Shown one piece after another: positions 1 through 14,300 of a stretch of DNA of 64,000 nt. Under the pieces are notes generated by a model. That model did no database searches. It worked only from the letters and a program-made list of their open reading frames with translations, and was not told the origin of the DNA. The translations under genes and the position numbers were made by a program. Positions within the stretch are counted from its first letter, which is position 1; every line of letters begins with the position of its first letter. Origin of the DNA: Zootoca vivipara (lineage: Eukaryota); NCBI RefSeq assembly GCF_963506605.1, contig NC_083288.1:37882001-37946000 (forward strand), given 5' to 3'.

Positions 1-437
1 ACGCCACATGATGTGATGATGATCACTAGCTGACTTTGGAAAGATTAGACACTTAGACACACGCACAGAGAATACAGCTATCTGCAGCTAATGGAACCTC
101 CATGTCAGATAGCATATATATGCACACTTGAACAATTTTTAGGAAGTTTCCACTGTGTTCTATGGAGCTTAGTACTGAGATGGGATGTATATCACCAAGA
201 ACTTTTAATCTTCTTCGCTTTTCCCTGTACATAGATGTCCAGTATAGCAGGATCACTCACCCTGCTCTTTTAGTTTTCTGAATTTGTCAGCTTCAAAAAT
301 GAAAAAAAATAATAATTTGTGCCAACTACTGCTGAGGGTGGTGGCAGCAGCAGGAGTAAGTGGTGGTCCTATTCTCCCCCCCCCCACAACCCGCCCAATT
401 AAAATATTCTAACCCACATTTTTAATCAACTTTGCAG

Positions 438-3400
438 GCGGATGTTTCCACAGCTGAAAGTTTCAGTAACAGGACTGGATCCTGAAGCCAAGTACCTGCT
501 GCTAGTGGATGTGGTCCCGGTGGGCAGCTCCCGGTACAAATGGCATGGCAAGCGGTGGGATGCCAGTGGCAAGGCCGAACTTCCCCCGCCAGACAGGGTC
601 TACATCCACCCCGACTCGCCTGCATCCGGCGCCCACTGGATGCGCCAGCCTGTATCCTTCCACCGGCTCAAGCTCACCAACAACACACTGGATCCCCATG
701 GACATGTATGGCCAGGGGGAAAGGGCACTTTGGGCATGAGGCTATATGGAACCATAGGATATTAAGTGGAAAGGAATGTAGCTGTAGGGAATGCTCTGTG
801 CGCCTCAAGGGAAAAATGGGTTAAAAGAATGGCACTAACAGATATTGGGCAGTTCAGATTGATAACAATAATGGATCGTGGCTATGGGTTATATAGCAAA
901 GAGGCATACCCATGGTTTTGTACAATTTGTGCTTAAAATAAAATCTCCTCCAGCGTTCTGAAATTCTACATCGTCTGCAAATTAAATAAACTAAACACAT
1001 GTAGATATGTTGCTTTCTCTCTCACGTATGCTGTAGTTGAGATTCCAGAATGACAGGGGGTCGGACTAGATGACCCTCAGGGTCCCTTCCAACTCTACAA
1101 TTCTATGATTCTGTGCATTATTTATTTTGCTCCCATCATTCATGAGAAAGGGCTAGTAACTATGCAGCTCCTTGAAGCCCCATATCCGGATCATTAGAAG
1201 TCTACTCAGTCCATGTGATTTCACGAGGGACTGAAGCCTCATTATGTAGCCATGAGGACTAGAATCTTGCTCTCCTTCTTAATGTACGATAAAACAGATA
1301 TTCTCAATCCTGCAAGTTAACATAAAAAAGCCTGTGCTTCGGGCAGATTCACAGAATTTACACTGGCCCTGACTACAACGGGAGCTAAAATATCTGTTTG
1401 CATTAAAAAATGAAATATGGTAGGGAAAACTGTTTGGACAAGTAAACAAATAATATGACTCACCTCTGGCTCTTGCACCCCCTTCTCAGCTGATTGTTCA
1501 CTCCATGCACCGTTACCAGCCGAGGATACATGTGGTTGGAGCTGGAGGACGCCGTGGGGCAGGCAGTGGCTGCGCTTCCTTCACCTTTCCCGAGACCCAG
1601 TTTCTGACTGTCACGGCCTACCAGAACCCACAGGTGAGAAACAAGGCCACTGTTACAAATTTAATATTTGCTTCTAAAAGGCCCCTTTCCCATTGGTGGC
1701 AGGAAGCAGGGATGTGTCCCCTTGCGACAAATGATTTATCCATTCCCCCCCCCCCTCTGCTGCCTGCCCCCATTGCTTATCCCTGAAGGAAAGGCACTTT
1801 TTTTTCATCAGCAAATGATAATCAAATCATAAACTAGCCATTAAAATAAGGCAGCAGTCCTGAGAATTCTCATGCAAACATCAACTCCATCAAATTCTAA
1901 AGGACTTCAGAGGAAATGTGTTTAGAATAGCAGCACAAATGTGAGAGACAGCTTCATTTTAGAGAAATAGCACGGCAGACCCTCCCCAGAAAGTCAGTCT
2001 GGCTTTCTGTGCGACCAGCGCTCCGCTCCATATTATTTGTCGCGCCCGTTCTTTTCACCAAGCTCCAGAAACAGCAGCCTTCCAATGCCCATTTCCTTAG
2101 AGACACTCTGGAATTGGCACAAATATTAAACCATCAACGTATTCCAGAACCACCACCGCTATATTGCGGAAGGATAGCAAACAAGTGTAGCAAGAAGACG
2201 CCTCCATTTTTCACAAGGGACACACACACACACCCTCTCACTTCTAAGTAGTGGCCAAACCCCACGTCTAGAGAGGCAGACGAGGTGACCTCACTTTCAA
2301 TTTAATCTCATGCGACTCACTATCAATACAGCAGGGAAAAATCACAGCAAACTAAAAAACCATTCCAACATGGCACATTTTAGAACTCCACTGCCCTTCC
2401 CTGAGCTTTTCTACGTCGCTAAATTGGCCTGTTTTCCTTTTCTCTGGCCATATCCCTTTGCCCCCTCACGTTTAACGGCATCCTTTGACTAAGACAGCTC
2501 TGACACTTTTCCTTTTATTTATTTATTATTTTATTTTTTAAAATATATAGCTTTTTTATTTAAAAACAAAGAAAAGAAAAGAAACGAACAGAACAACAAT
2601 CGATAAACTATTAAATTGACAAACATCTTTGCAACTTCACATTTACAGACACAAAAATCACATCACTCTAACACTTAACTAACTCATACATACCTACATA
2701 GGTTCCCCCCATCTAAACACACAACACATAACACATAAATAAGCCCACACTAATCTTAAAAACACATTGTTCTATTACTTTCGCCGTTTCACTTTCTTCG
2801 CCAGAATCTGAACAGACTTCCAATTAAACTTGCTGTTTTTTAATCTATTCCCTTTATATTTTTGCACAGTTGTATATGTATTATTTATCTTAATTCCAAC
2901 ATAAATCTAACAATTTATTTTACAAGGTACAGTCTAATTCTGCCAGCGGGGTTTCCTTTAATTTGTTATTTTTCAAATATTCTTCAAAAATTTCCCATTC
3001 CTTATTGACTTTTCGTTTCATTATTTGACCTTTTATTCTACCTGTTGTTTTTGCCAATTGCATATATTCTACCATTAGGGCTTGCCAGTCTGTTATGCTT
3101 GGTGTTACTTTGTTCTTCCAATTTCTCGCTATCAGTACTCTACCCACTACTGTTCCATACATAGACGCTTTTCCTTTTACTGTAAATAGTGCTGCAAAAG
3201 TCTATTTCCCCGCACTTATTTTTGCATCTCTATGACATGGGGCAAACCTTACATTTCACTTACCCTGTTTCTCCGAAAATAAGACGTAGGGTACCTCCAT
3301 GAAATCTGGGGCTGCTGACGCCCTCCACCTTCCTATGAAGCTCTCTTCCCCTACTTGTCCACCTCCATAAAACTCAGGCCTGAGGCCTCCCTTCTTCACT

Positions 3401-4342
3401 TGCCCACCCTCATCTATTGATGCCATTACAGCTAGAACACAATGGCTTCTCCTCAGGATTCTTCCACCTCTAAATCACATTTCTCCTCCTGGCCATATCC
3501 CTTCACTCCACAACCTTTCACCTCATGCTGAATGGTTCCCTTCCACCTCTGCGCAGCCCTCATCATTTTGTATCTCCCCTATGCACCCTTATTTATCACT
3601 CCATTCCTGTGTTTCTTTCCACTTTTGAATAGCTCTTCATACCTCTCACCCAAAATAGCCTTCCCTCTACTCATGGAGTCTTTCCATGTTTTACGATATT
3701 CCTTCTTACGTTTCTGCCCTAAAATATACCCCACCCCCACCCCTGCTCAGCTTCTCTGTTATTTAACCATTTATTTGGACCTTAATATCCCTTAACAAAA
3801 CTATTATTCAGTGCAATTCCTCTACTCTCACACAGGCTCTACAATAGCTATTGCACTCTATATCCCTCCTCCGGTCTTAAAATAGTTCTTCTATCTCATT
3901 CCTCCCATTATGTGCCGGCCTGGGTTGATGGGAGTTGTAGCCCAATACTTCTGGAGAGCACCAGATTGGTTAAAAGCTATTTTGCACANNNNNNNNNNNN
4001 NNNNNNNNNNNNNNNNNNNNNNNNNNNNNNNNNNNNNNNNNNNNNNNNNNNNNNNNNNNNNNNNNNNNNNNNNNNNNNNNNNNNNNNNNNNNNNNNNNNN
4101 NNNNNNNNNNNNNNNNNNNNNNNNNNNNNNNNNNNNNNNNNNNNNNNNNNNNNNNNNNNNNNNNNNNNNNNNNNNNNNNNNNNNNNNNNNNNNNNNNNNN
4201 NNNNNNNNNNNTAGGGGTACTCTCATTTTCCTACTCATATTCTCATATTGAAATACTGCCCCTCAATGAGGCCAAGCTTAGATTCACAAAATGTTTGTAT
4301 GCATACCCCTGCATTCCCCAAGAAAAAAAGCACTGTGTGTGT

Positions 4343-4384
<42 letters not shown>

Positions 4385-7300
4385 CCCCAAACATGGGGAA
4401 AAACAGCAACACAGCAATCAGCTCACATCTAGGTAAGAACTACCATGTTTCCACGAAAATAAGACACTGTCTTATATTTATTTTTCCTCAAGAAGACACA
4501 ATATGTCTTCTTTTCAGGGGATGTCTTATTTTTATTACGCGTCCAGCCTCACCTCTTCCTTGGCGCCCTCCAGAACTGTGCCTATCACTATGTCTTATTT
4601 TCGGGGTATGGCTTATATTGCGCAAATGCTTAGAAATTTTGCTCTAGGTTTTGCTCTAGGTTCTGAAACTTGAATACGCTGTCAGCAAATTAAAAACATC
4701 TGCCAGTATTCTATCATTTTTGAAAACATAATACAAAAGTGGAAAGACTGGTCATATATCTGTGCTCGCATGCTAAACCGAATCTCAGAACACATAAAAA
4801 TATATGTGTGTATACATCTAATCATACCCTTTCAATCGCCTACCTAACATTTTCCTGTTTCCTCCCCTCCCAGATCACTCAGATGAAGATAGAGAGCAAC
4901 CCTTTTGCAAAGGGCTTCCGGGAGAATGGCATGAACAGCAAAAGGTGAGCTGACCTGATCAGGAAAGATGTCAATGCCATAGAGAGGAGCTGCTTCAGCC
5001 CTCACATTAGCTGGCAGCAGTGATTCCTTTCCCAAAATGTTTGCCACTGACATGGGGGGCTTGTCCTCACTGGAGAAATAGTTCACTGGGCTGGAGACCC
5101 ACAGGGCGCCAAGATAAATGGGCTTATAACTACTACCGTACTCAGTTTATACAGGTGCCTACTGAGACGATCCATTAAAAAAGCAATCATACCAAAAGGA
5201 ATTATTGAGAAAATAAAAAATATTAGAAGAAGGGGGGATTTTGTCCTTGCTCAGGGTACCATATTATTAAAGTCTGCCCCTGGCTTCCACCATTGCTTTT
5301 CCACATCTTATTATGGTCCCCCTTACAAAATTTAGGGAGCGCGAGGCCCGAATCAAGAGGAAAATGAAGGCAAATGAATGTGAAGCCAACATGGGGGAAA
5401 ATGGTAAGAGAAACAAACATACCTTATTCTGTCGCTTAGCTTCATAAGACATTGTCCGGTCTCCGTCTCCTTCCAGACAATGGGAACACATTTGCTTTGT
5501 TTAAAAGCAAAACACAACATTTCTCTCCAGACATCATTAAACAAAGTGAGGATTATTTAAGTGGATACTCTGTGGGCCTCCTCACCATCCTTAACTCTCG
5601 GTAGCTACTCACTGCCCTATGTATATCCATTTCTTACAATGCCACATGCAATGGCCACCTTTTGCTTCCTTTCACTGCTTGTCTTTTGCTACCCCCACCA
5701 CAACATCCCATCACTTCCCTCACCCCAGGTCCAGTATAACTCATTAAATTATACCTGCTGTTTCATATTTTTGCCAGTGTGGTGTAGTGGTTAAGAGCGG
5801 TAGACTCGTAATCTGGGGAACCGGGTTCATGTCTCCGCTCCTCCACATGCAGCTGCTGGGTGACCTTGGGCTAGTCACACTTCTCTGAAGTCTCTCAGCC
5901 CCACTCACCTCACAGAGTGTTTGTTGTGGGGGAGGAAGGGAAAGGAGAATGTTAGCCGCTTTGAGACTCCTTCGGGTAGTGATAAAGCGGGATATCAAAT
6001 CCAAACTCTTCTTCTTCTTCTTGCCTCCTCTGAACTGTCTTTGCCCACAATTACAACCACACCCTGCTCTGCCCTGATAGCACAAACTTGCTAGAGGGCC
6101 CTTACCTGAAAAGGTCACAACCCCAGGTACTATAATGAATTCCCTCTTTATTTCAGACATTCCAGAGAACCTGTTATTTGGAATTTTTTTAAAAAAGTTG
6201 CATGCATCCCTAGAGGTTCACTCCCTCCTATGCCACATTTACATGCTTTCTAAAGCCATACAAGTCCTGTTTTATTATTCCCCTTTCCCATTATATAACC
6301 TTCTGCCTGCTTTTCCTCCCCTACCTGCACTTTGCCTCCACCTAGAGAGCAAGAAAGGCCCCTGCGACTCCACCTTGACAGAGGAGACACCTATGGAGCA
6401 ACAGCAACCACCTGCGCTTCCACACCCTTCTTGCTCCTTCTACCCCCCTGCAGGGATCAATCCCAGCGGAGCAGAGGCTTATGTCCAGCACCCAGCTGCC
6501 TTCCATGGTTTGCGGGGGGCACCGTCACCCTATGGCAGGTGAGCTAGCCATGCAACATTCCCTGAGTTCTAGAGCTGTGTTGCCAAACTTCTGCCTTTGT
6601 AAAATAAGTGTGGAGCTTCCCTGGGTGATCTGAATCACCCCCCAGGTGTTCATGTTTCATTTGGCAGCTGAATAAACCCTGTCCTAGGTGGCGCTGTGGT
6701 TAAACCATTGAGCCTAGGGCTTGCTGATCAGAAGGTCGGCGGTTCGAATCCCTGTGACGGGGTGAGCTCCCGTTGCTTGGTCCCAGTTCCTGCCAACCTA
6801 GCAGTTCGAAAGCACATCCAAGTGCAAGTAGATAAATAGGTACCGCTACAGCGGGAAGGTAAACGGCGTTTCCATGTGCTGCTCTGGTTTGCCAGAAGCG
6901 GCTTTGTCATGCTGGCCACATGACCTGGAAGCTGTACGCCGGCTCCCTCGGCCAATAATGTGAGATGAGCGCGCAACCCCAGAGTCGGTCACGACTGGAC
7001 CTAATGGTCAGGGGTCCCTTTACCTAGGGTATAAACAGGTATAAACATTTTTAGAAAGGTAGGGCTGATTTGAAAGCACCCTCACAGCATTTAAGATACC
7101 CAGGCAATAATTTGAAGTGCTCTGATTTCTTGCCACGCCTAATACGTTGAATAATCTTTGCCAGAGGGAACAAAAACAAAAACAAAAAAACCCCACTTGG
7201 CAATGGGTACTTTTTCCTTTTTATGGCATAAACGGACTTCTGGAACGGATTAAGTTCGTGAACCAAGGTACCACTGTAACTGGAATTATCTACAGGTACA

Positions 7301-9059
7301 TCGTGGCATTGAAAACAAGTCAGTAGAGCACGAGACTCTTATTCTCAGGGTTGGGGGTTTGAGCCCACTGTTAGATAAAAGATTCCTGAATTGCAGAGGG
7401 TTGGACCAAATGGCCCTTGTGGTCCCTTCCAACTCAACAATTCTATGATTCTATGTGCCCATTGTCCAAATTTTACTTTGAGAATTGCTGCAGATGCACC
7501 TGGCAAAGACTGCGCTGTGCTCTAGATCAGTGGTTCCCAAAAGGTGGTCCGGGGACCCCCAGGGGTCCGCGAGCTATGCCAGAGGGATCCTCAAGATCCT
7601 ATTAGAATAAAAAATATATTAAATATATTTCGTATGATAACAGATTTTTTGTTTTGGCCGCTTCCTGCATGAGCAGAGTCTAGCACAAAACTAGAATTAG
7701 ATAGAGGCAGTAGTTCTGCTGTATGCCACAAGGACTACAAGAAACTTAGAGATAAGGCAATGAAAAAGATCCTTCCATTTGCAACCACATATCGGTGTGA
7801 GCAAGCATTTTCTTCCATGTGTTTCATGAAAAACAAATATAGGAATCGGCTTGACATGCAGTCAGATTTCAGAGTGAAAGTTTCAAGTTTGGAACCTAAT
7901 ATTTCAGAAATAATGGACTCAAAGGACAGATTTAACTCATCTCATTAAGAACTTAAAATTAAAACTAACTGTATACTGATGGAGTACTCTGTTGTAACTG
8001 TAAAAAACGTATAAATATAAAATATAAAAAGACTCTTAATTTGGCTCTCACTTTTTAATTTTAGGATTAGGAATTAATGGGGGTCCTTGTCACAATAGCG
8101 GCTCGATGAGGGGTCCTCGAGAAAATTTTGTTGGGAACCCCTGCTCTAGATAAACATTAGCCAACATGGTGCTCTCCATATGCTATGGTCTACTACAACT
8201 TCCCTACTCACAGTTGTAAAGCAAGTTACAAAGCAAGGGTCATGCCCATGATGAAAAAAGCCACTGGAGCAGTCTCTTAAAAACCTACACAAATAGATAA
8301 CCTTCAGCCTTTAGTGAGTAAACATCACTTTACTTCTTATGCTAGTGCTTGATCCGTAACAGAGAGCAGCCACAAATTGTCACCAGCTGCATGCAATGGC
8401 GGAGTCTCTGATTATTCACAAGATTTGAACGCTAAGCATCCTTCATCACTCCATCTTACTCTTGAACCCAACCCAGTGCAGAAATCTCTGAGAAAGGTGT
8501 TTGGCCCTTACCCAGGCCATTCTGTGGTAGAACCAGAATTAACCATGTACTGATTACTGTGGCCAACATCCTGCACAATATGACGTTTATGAGGAATATG
8601 CAAGGCAAGGATGCAGAAAAGACATTCAGGGCTGTAGCATTATCTATGGGGAAGCTAGAACAAGTAGCATACAGAAAAACTATAGCTGTCTGTAGGAAGG
8701 CGTAGTTGGGCAGATACATGCACTTGGAAGGTTGGTCATGTCGAGCCACTTACAGGGGGGCCACCTGCACTTTTATCAGTTTGACTTACCCCTCATTTTT
8801 CCTCCACAGCCCAAGTCAAGAAATGGCAGCTCCTCCATCATCCCCAACTACCAAGTCACCTCCTGAGCAATCAGATTTCAGACCTATGCTCCCGGCGAGT
8901 TGGAATGGGCTGGATATTATTCCTTTCCTTGGGGGAACAGAACCCCCCGATACCTCCTCCTTTCCCCCCTTCAAATTCAGCTTCACACCCTACCCGCCTC
9001 CACCTCGCGTCTATGGGCCCCCCTCTGGCTATCCTGGCTCTCAGCCACCTATGCTCTAA
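438..9059 (+). CDS. TBX6: T-box transcription factor TBX6 (5'-partial, 6 coding exons in window)
   Basis: Exons 438-705, 1490-1633, 4874-4944, 5336-5403, 6346-6538, 8810-9059, all GT-AG and phase-compatible. T-box sequence [19 protein letters not shown]...[11 protein letters not shown]...[14 protein letters not shown]...[11 protein letters not shown], followed by the TBX6-type KRERE and GPCDSTL motifs. Lies tail-to-tail with PPP4C as in human. ATTAAA at 9200-9205. Confidence 0.93.
2520..3170 (-). mobile_element. LINE (L1/Tx1-like) ORF2 3' fragment
   Basis: Minus-strand peptide LIARNWK..PSITDW..M.EYMQLAK is typical of L1-clade C-termini. A-rich tail on the minus strand. Further degenerate LINE sequence extends to about 3900. 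Confidence 0.6.
3989..4211. other. Assembly gap (223 N) in a TBX6 intron
   Basis: Run of N bases. Confidence 1.
4345..4383. repeat. (CA)n microsatellite
   Basis: Direct reading. Confidence 0.95.
5773..6022 (+). mobile_element. tRNA-derived SINE (Squam3-like) with (CTT)n tail
   Basis: GTGGTGTAGTGGTTAAGAGC A-box, GGGTTCA B-box-like, CTT repeat tail. Confidence 0.75.
6686..7025 (+). mobile_element. Sauria SINE
   Basis: tRNA head GGTGGCGCTGTGGTTAAACC...GGTTCGAATCC and CCTTTACCT tail. Near-identical to other copies in the window. Confidence 0.9.
7528..8143 (+). mobile_element. Internally deleted hAT (Buster/Charlie-type) DNA transposon
   Basis: TIRs CAGTGGTTCCCAA / TTGGGAACCCCTG, perfect 8-bp TSD CTCTAGAT (7520-7527, 8144-8151), hAT dimerisation-domain remnant [22 protein letters not shown] at 7760-7948. 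Confidence 0.9.
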
Positions 9060-9855
9060 CTCTTGCTCCTCTCACAAACCCTGGAATTCCTGTCTTCTAG
9101 GTATTCTGTTTCCCCTGCTAGATTTCATGGCTTTCCCTGTTCCTTTATTACTGTCGATGTTGGGAAGGGTAAACTTGTCTGTATCCTGCTTGTCTTATAA
9201 TTAAACATTTTTAAGGTCATAACATGGGTGTACGTTCTGTTTTCTTCCCTGACATATTTAAGCAAGCTAGAATTCTGAAATTCCAGCCTAGATTTCTGCT
9301 CTGCCAGACAGCTTGACTGGTTTTAAGTTATACGTCAGAAGGCTTCTGCAGATCCTTTAAGATATCTCACCAAAACAGGTTAAATAATTCGGGGCAGTTC
9401 TCAGTTGTAGAGCACAGAGTTTTGGGGCAGGAAGTATTGATGAGTGTGTGTAGCACCAATGTGCCTCGAGAAGCAGCACCATCAAGTAAGCGAGAAACTC
9501 CTTTGTAAAAAATGTAGGAAGTAGTAGTATAATATATTAGATAACAAGTTCTGCGGTAGACAGAGATTCCACCTGTGGCATGATTGAAGGCCGTGAAGAT
9601 TGCTAGGCCCTTTATTCTGTCAGCTTCAACACAATAAAGGAAATGGAAACACTCCCCCCAACAGTGAACGTATGGAGCTCAGCTCATCCTCCACTCTTCG
9701 CAGGAGCCAAGCAGGTTTGGGAGGTAAGGAATGACAAGGAGGACACCTACACAGATAGTTCTGCCCAGGATCTGGCAGCATTCAACATGCACCCTGCTCA
9801 CAAAGCATATGGCCACAGAAATATGCAATGTACAAAATGTCGATTTTTTTTTAGT

Positions 9856-9861
9856 TTTATT
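9856..9861 (-). terminator. Likely PPP4C poly(A) signal
   Basis: AATAAA on the minus strand after a U-rich 3'UTR end. A proximal AATAAA is also present at 11166-11171. Confidence 0.55.
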
Positions 9862-11311
9862 AGAATTTTTTTATCTAAAAGTTGTAAATAGGAAAAAACC
9901 CAAAATGAAAACAAAATAAAATTAGAGCAAGAGACAGATCATCGGAGGGGAAAGCACTCCTAGACATAAGAAAAGTGGCAGGAAGTTCCACCCTCCCCTT
10001 CTAACTCTAAGTAGATATCTGGATTGAATGCGAGTATTCCTTCATAGGAATAAAGGGAAGGGGGTGGGAGGTTTTGACCCTGTGGTGGGTGGGATTTGGA
10101 TACACCAACCCCACAGGGGGTAGGATATGGAGGGATGGAGAGAGACAGAGAACACGCCCCATTGGTCAAATTAACTAGCGTGATATGGTCCCAGTCTCCC
10201 CACTCAAGGAGAAGTAGCGGCAGGGAGGGGGATAAACAGGATATAGATTTGCCAATAATACATTTAATAAATCCACCACAAAAAATTAAATGGATTTCAT
10301 AGCATTTGCATCCTCCAGTGACCAGAAAGTATACTTTATTTTAATTTTATTTATTTTTTTTGCAAAGTCTGGACTTTCTGCTGCAAAAGGGTAGGGACAG
10401 TTTAACCTTCCAGTGGCCAATAAATGTTAAGAGGAAAGTGGGAATGAGATATGGCAGCACACAGAGGAACCACTTCCCAGTCTATGTTCATCTATTCCAT
10501 GTAGTTCAAGCAGACTATACATCGAAGTGCGAAGAAACCAGGGTTATAGGTCTTCCAGCAACCAGACACAGCAAGGTTTGAAGCACTTCCTATTCTCTGC
10601 TTAAATGCTATGGAATGGCACCAAAACCAGAGTTCTAAGATCAGCTGACCAAAAAGTTTTTTTAAAAAAATTTCTTTAAAAAAGAGTTAAACCAGGAAGC
10701 ACCTAAGTGACGTAGAAGCAGAGAACTAGTCCAGATACTTCATCCTCCTAACAGTTGCAGATATTCTTTGGTCACTGGTTTCCTCTTTATTTCCAAGTCC
10801 AGTTCTCTCCATCTGATACATCCTCTATAAATAGTTTCCAGTCCTTCTAGAGAATAGAGAAGCACTGCAGATGAGCTAGAGAACTAGGCTGGGAGCCTGT
10901 CAGCTGCGCCCCTAGGAAACCATAGAACTCTGAAGATCTACAGCTTCTCTCCATTTCTGGGTTGACCTTTGTCCCCCCCGTTTCGCCTGGAGTGATCTGA
11001 GATCAGCAGAGTTCTAGGTTTTTCGATGACCAGAGGTCCCAAAAATGTGTTTCGGGCGGAAAATAAAAACTAGGGCAGCCCTGAAAAGACTATAAAGCAA
11101 TTGGCTGGAATTCAGTAGTGTGGAAAAAGATGGCCATTTCAGTCTAAGGGGTCCAGAACTGAGGGTTTATTGGGCAAGGGGAATGGAGTTGGGGGGGGGG
11201 GAGAGGAAGAGACCTGAACCCTGCCAAACTTCAAAGAGGCTGCCCACCCCAGCCAGGACAAGAAAACAGAAGCCGCACGAGGGGAGGGTGGGGGGGAGAT
11301 GGAAGAAGCAT

Positions 11312-14300
11312 TCACAGGAAGTAGTCCGCAACAGGCTTCTTAGACGGGATGCCTCGAGTTTCTTGGGGGGCAGCTTCAAAGATAATAAATTCCTTCTGAA
11401 GGTGTTCGTCCAGTTCCAGGATGGCTGCCACATTCCCGCAGCTGTGTGCAGAGCAGAGGAGAAGGGTCACAATGGGATGCCTCCAGTTTCATCAATGCCA
11501 CCCTTCCAGGTGGCATAACTCACCACCCTTCAACACAGACTAACCCTGCAATCCCTCCTTTATGCCACACAGCTCAAATGGTACACAGTGCTAGGCTTGC
11601 CATATCTGCCCGCTATTCCACACCCGTCCCTTCTGTCTCCTCACCGGTAGCAGTAGTTGGGAGCTGACCACACAGTAAGAACTGTTTCATTGAAGTGCCA
11701 CTTGTACCCCTCCATGACCAGCTGATGCGCTCGACAGATCATGTCGATGTCATTCGCCGCGTTGAATTGCGCCACCACGTCACTGCCGAATAAGTAGCCG
11801 GCACCTCGTGGGCTCACCCCCCAGCCTGTGGTATCTGCAAAGGACAGAAATGCTTGGCTTACTACACAAAGGAAACCAAGTTACCAGGCATGATCGACTA
11901 GGGGAAAGGGCATCTGCTCTCGATGAACTTATAGAACAAAGCTGATCAGCAATTGGCCAAGAGGTAGGATTTCGTATAAAGCCCTCAGCCCACCTCACTT
12001 GGGCTGCTCCATGTGCATTTTTACCAGTTAACCCCTTTTAAAAAGAACCAGAGTGAGATGAAATGATAGGGGCAGAAAATACCTGATCTTCTTTAGATCA
12101 AAGACTCAAAGGTTCTTGTTTTAGAGATTTTTGGATTACTGCACTAAGCAGCAAATAAAAGCTCTAAAACAAATAAGTAAACAAACAAACAAACAAACAT
12201 TCCTCACTGTGCAGTTTATCAGGTATTAAACCCACAGAAACTATAGGATCCTCTGCCTTCCAATAAGTGAGACCCTATTCATTCCCTTACAACACAAAGA
12301 ACTATAAAAACACAGGACAGATTCATTAAATACGTTCCACGGAGTGCTCAGATCGTATCAATTGTGATCTCTCTTTAGCAGCTTGTACAGAAGTACAAGG
12401 TCAGATCAAAGTTGCTGGGGACCTCTTGGTAACAGACTCCGCCTCTTTGGGTTTCAGTGCAATTTTAAACCAGAATTAAAGGCTCAACACTCTTCTACTT
12501 AGGCTACACTGCTCTTCCTGGCACGCTCTACTCCTAATAGTGTTTAACCTATTAAACATTTCCTGGAACAAATACCATTACCATCTTAACCATATGCAAT
12601 GCGCAAAGATTCCTTTCTCCTTCATGCATGTGTGTGCGCACACACCACACCACTCCACACACAAATATACCTTCAGGGTCAGACCAAAGGAGATCACACA
12701 TGGGGCCATCATGAGGAACCTCCTGTTTGCGATCTATTGTTCGAATCTGGTCCAGTGTCTGGATGGATGGGGACAGACCACCATGGACACAGAAAATCTG
12801 CAACAGAAAAGGAATGTGTGCATTTGGAAAGCTGCATATAGAAGCTCTAGGGCCAAACAGCACCTCCCCACCCACCACATTGAAACTCATCCTGTTGTCT
12901 TCCTGCTTTATTCTAACTGTTGCACTCTATTCTCACACCAGAAAACCTAAGTGTTTTTTTAGGCTGTAAGGCCCTTGCAGGAGTGACAGGGCCTCTAGTA
13001 CTCTGGAAAGCCCTGCACACAGTGATGGTGTGCTCACACTCTTTCTCAAATACTCCTACCATCATAAACACACACAGCATGCTTACCTTGCCATCAATGA
13101 TAGCAGAGAGGCTGAGGTAGTCAAAGATCTCAGTGCAGTAGCGCCAAACGGTGACAGAGCCGTATTTCCTCAGGCACTCATCGTAAAAGCCATATACCTG
13201 GGTGATCTGTCTGCTCTCATGGTTGCCACGGATCAGGGTGATCCTGTCAGGGTACCGGACCTGTAAGAGAAAACGACGAAACCAGCATAGACCACAGACA
13301 TGGAAATGTTATATAACCCAGAATTCCCAGCATCTCTATTCAGGTAGAACAAGGAAAGCATCCTTGGATTCATCAGGGGGCAAGGGTCATTCCTAACCTT
13401 GAGCGCCAGCAGTAGCAAGAATGTTTCAACACTGTAGAAGCCACGGTCGACAAAGTCACCCATGAAGAGATAGTTGGTCTCAGGCACATCACCACCCACC
13501 TGCAGGAGAGAAACAAAGGGCACGTAAATATATTGTCCTAGGAGTGCTTTAAAGCTGAAGTTGGGCACTGGAATTGGATGGCTGAGCAGTACTCACCCTG
13601 AAGAGCTCTTTAAGGTCATAGAACTGGCCATGGATATCCCCACAAACCTGGAAAGAAGATTGAACTCTTTAATGTTCTCAAGGGGGCTATTACTACCATC
13701 ATACCTAGTCCAGTGTATCTGAAAGGCCAAGGCCCTTCCCTCTGCCCACCAGTAAGAGCTAGATTGGCATGAGCATGGCATTTTTGGTAATAGCAAAAAA
13801 AAACATTCTTGAAACTACACCCCCAGGGAAATATGTGGTCCCTCCGTCATTCCTCTTTTTCAGAAGAACTTTGGAACTTTCAGAAGAATCCAGGTGTTGT
13901 GTTTTGATATTCTTTTTCCTCTGTTGCTGTTCATTCATTAAGGCAGGAGAGGAGAAACGTGTTCACATTCCTTTGTTGGCCTGTGTCCAGTTTCTGCCTG
14001 CTAGTAAGGAATGAGGCCAAAGGCAGAAATGGATGGAGAAACGGCTGTGACTTGTACCTTTTATACAACAGACTACATTCCAGTCATGCAAAACTCAAGA
14101 GGTTTGTACACCTACACAGACACGCACCAAATCTCCATCCAGGAAAGAGACATGATTACAGTTCAAGCACACGTTCCAAGTGAGGAAAAGGCGCATGAGA
14201 ATATTACGCAGTAACATGGCATATGGAATAGTTCTGAAGGCCAGATAGTGTCCTGGAAGTCACCTTTGGCCTCCCTCAACCTACTTCAAAGGATGTCTTT

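Noticed and set aside
3891-4251. ORFs spanning X runs
   Set aside because: Artefacts of the N gap.
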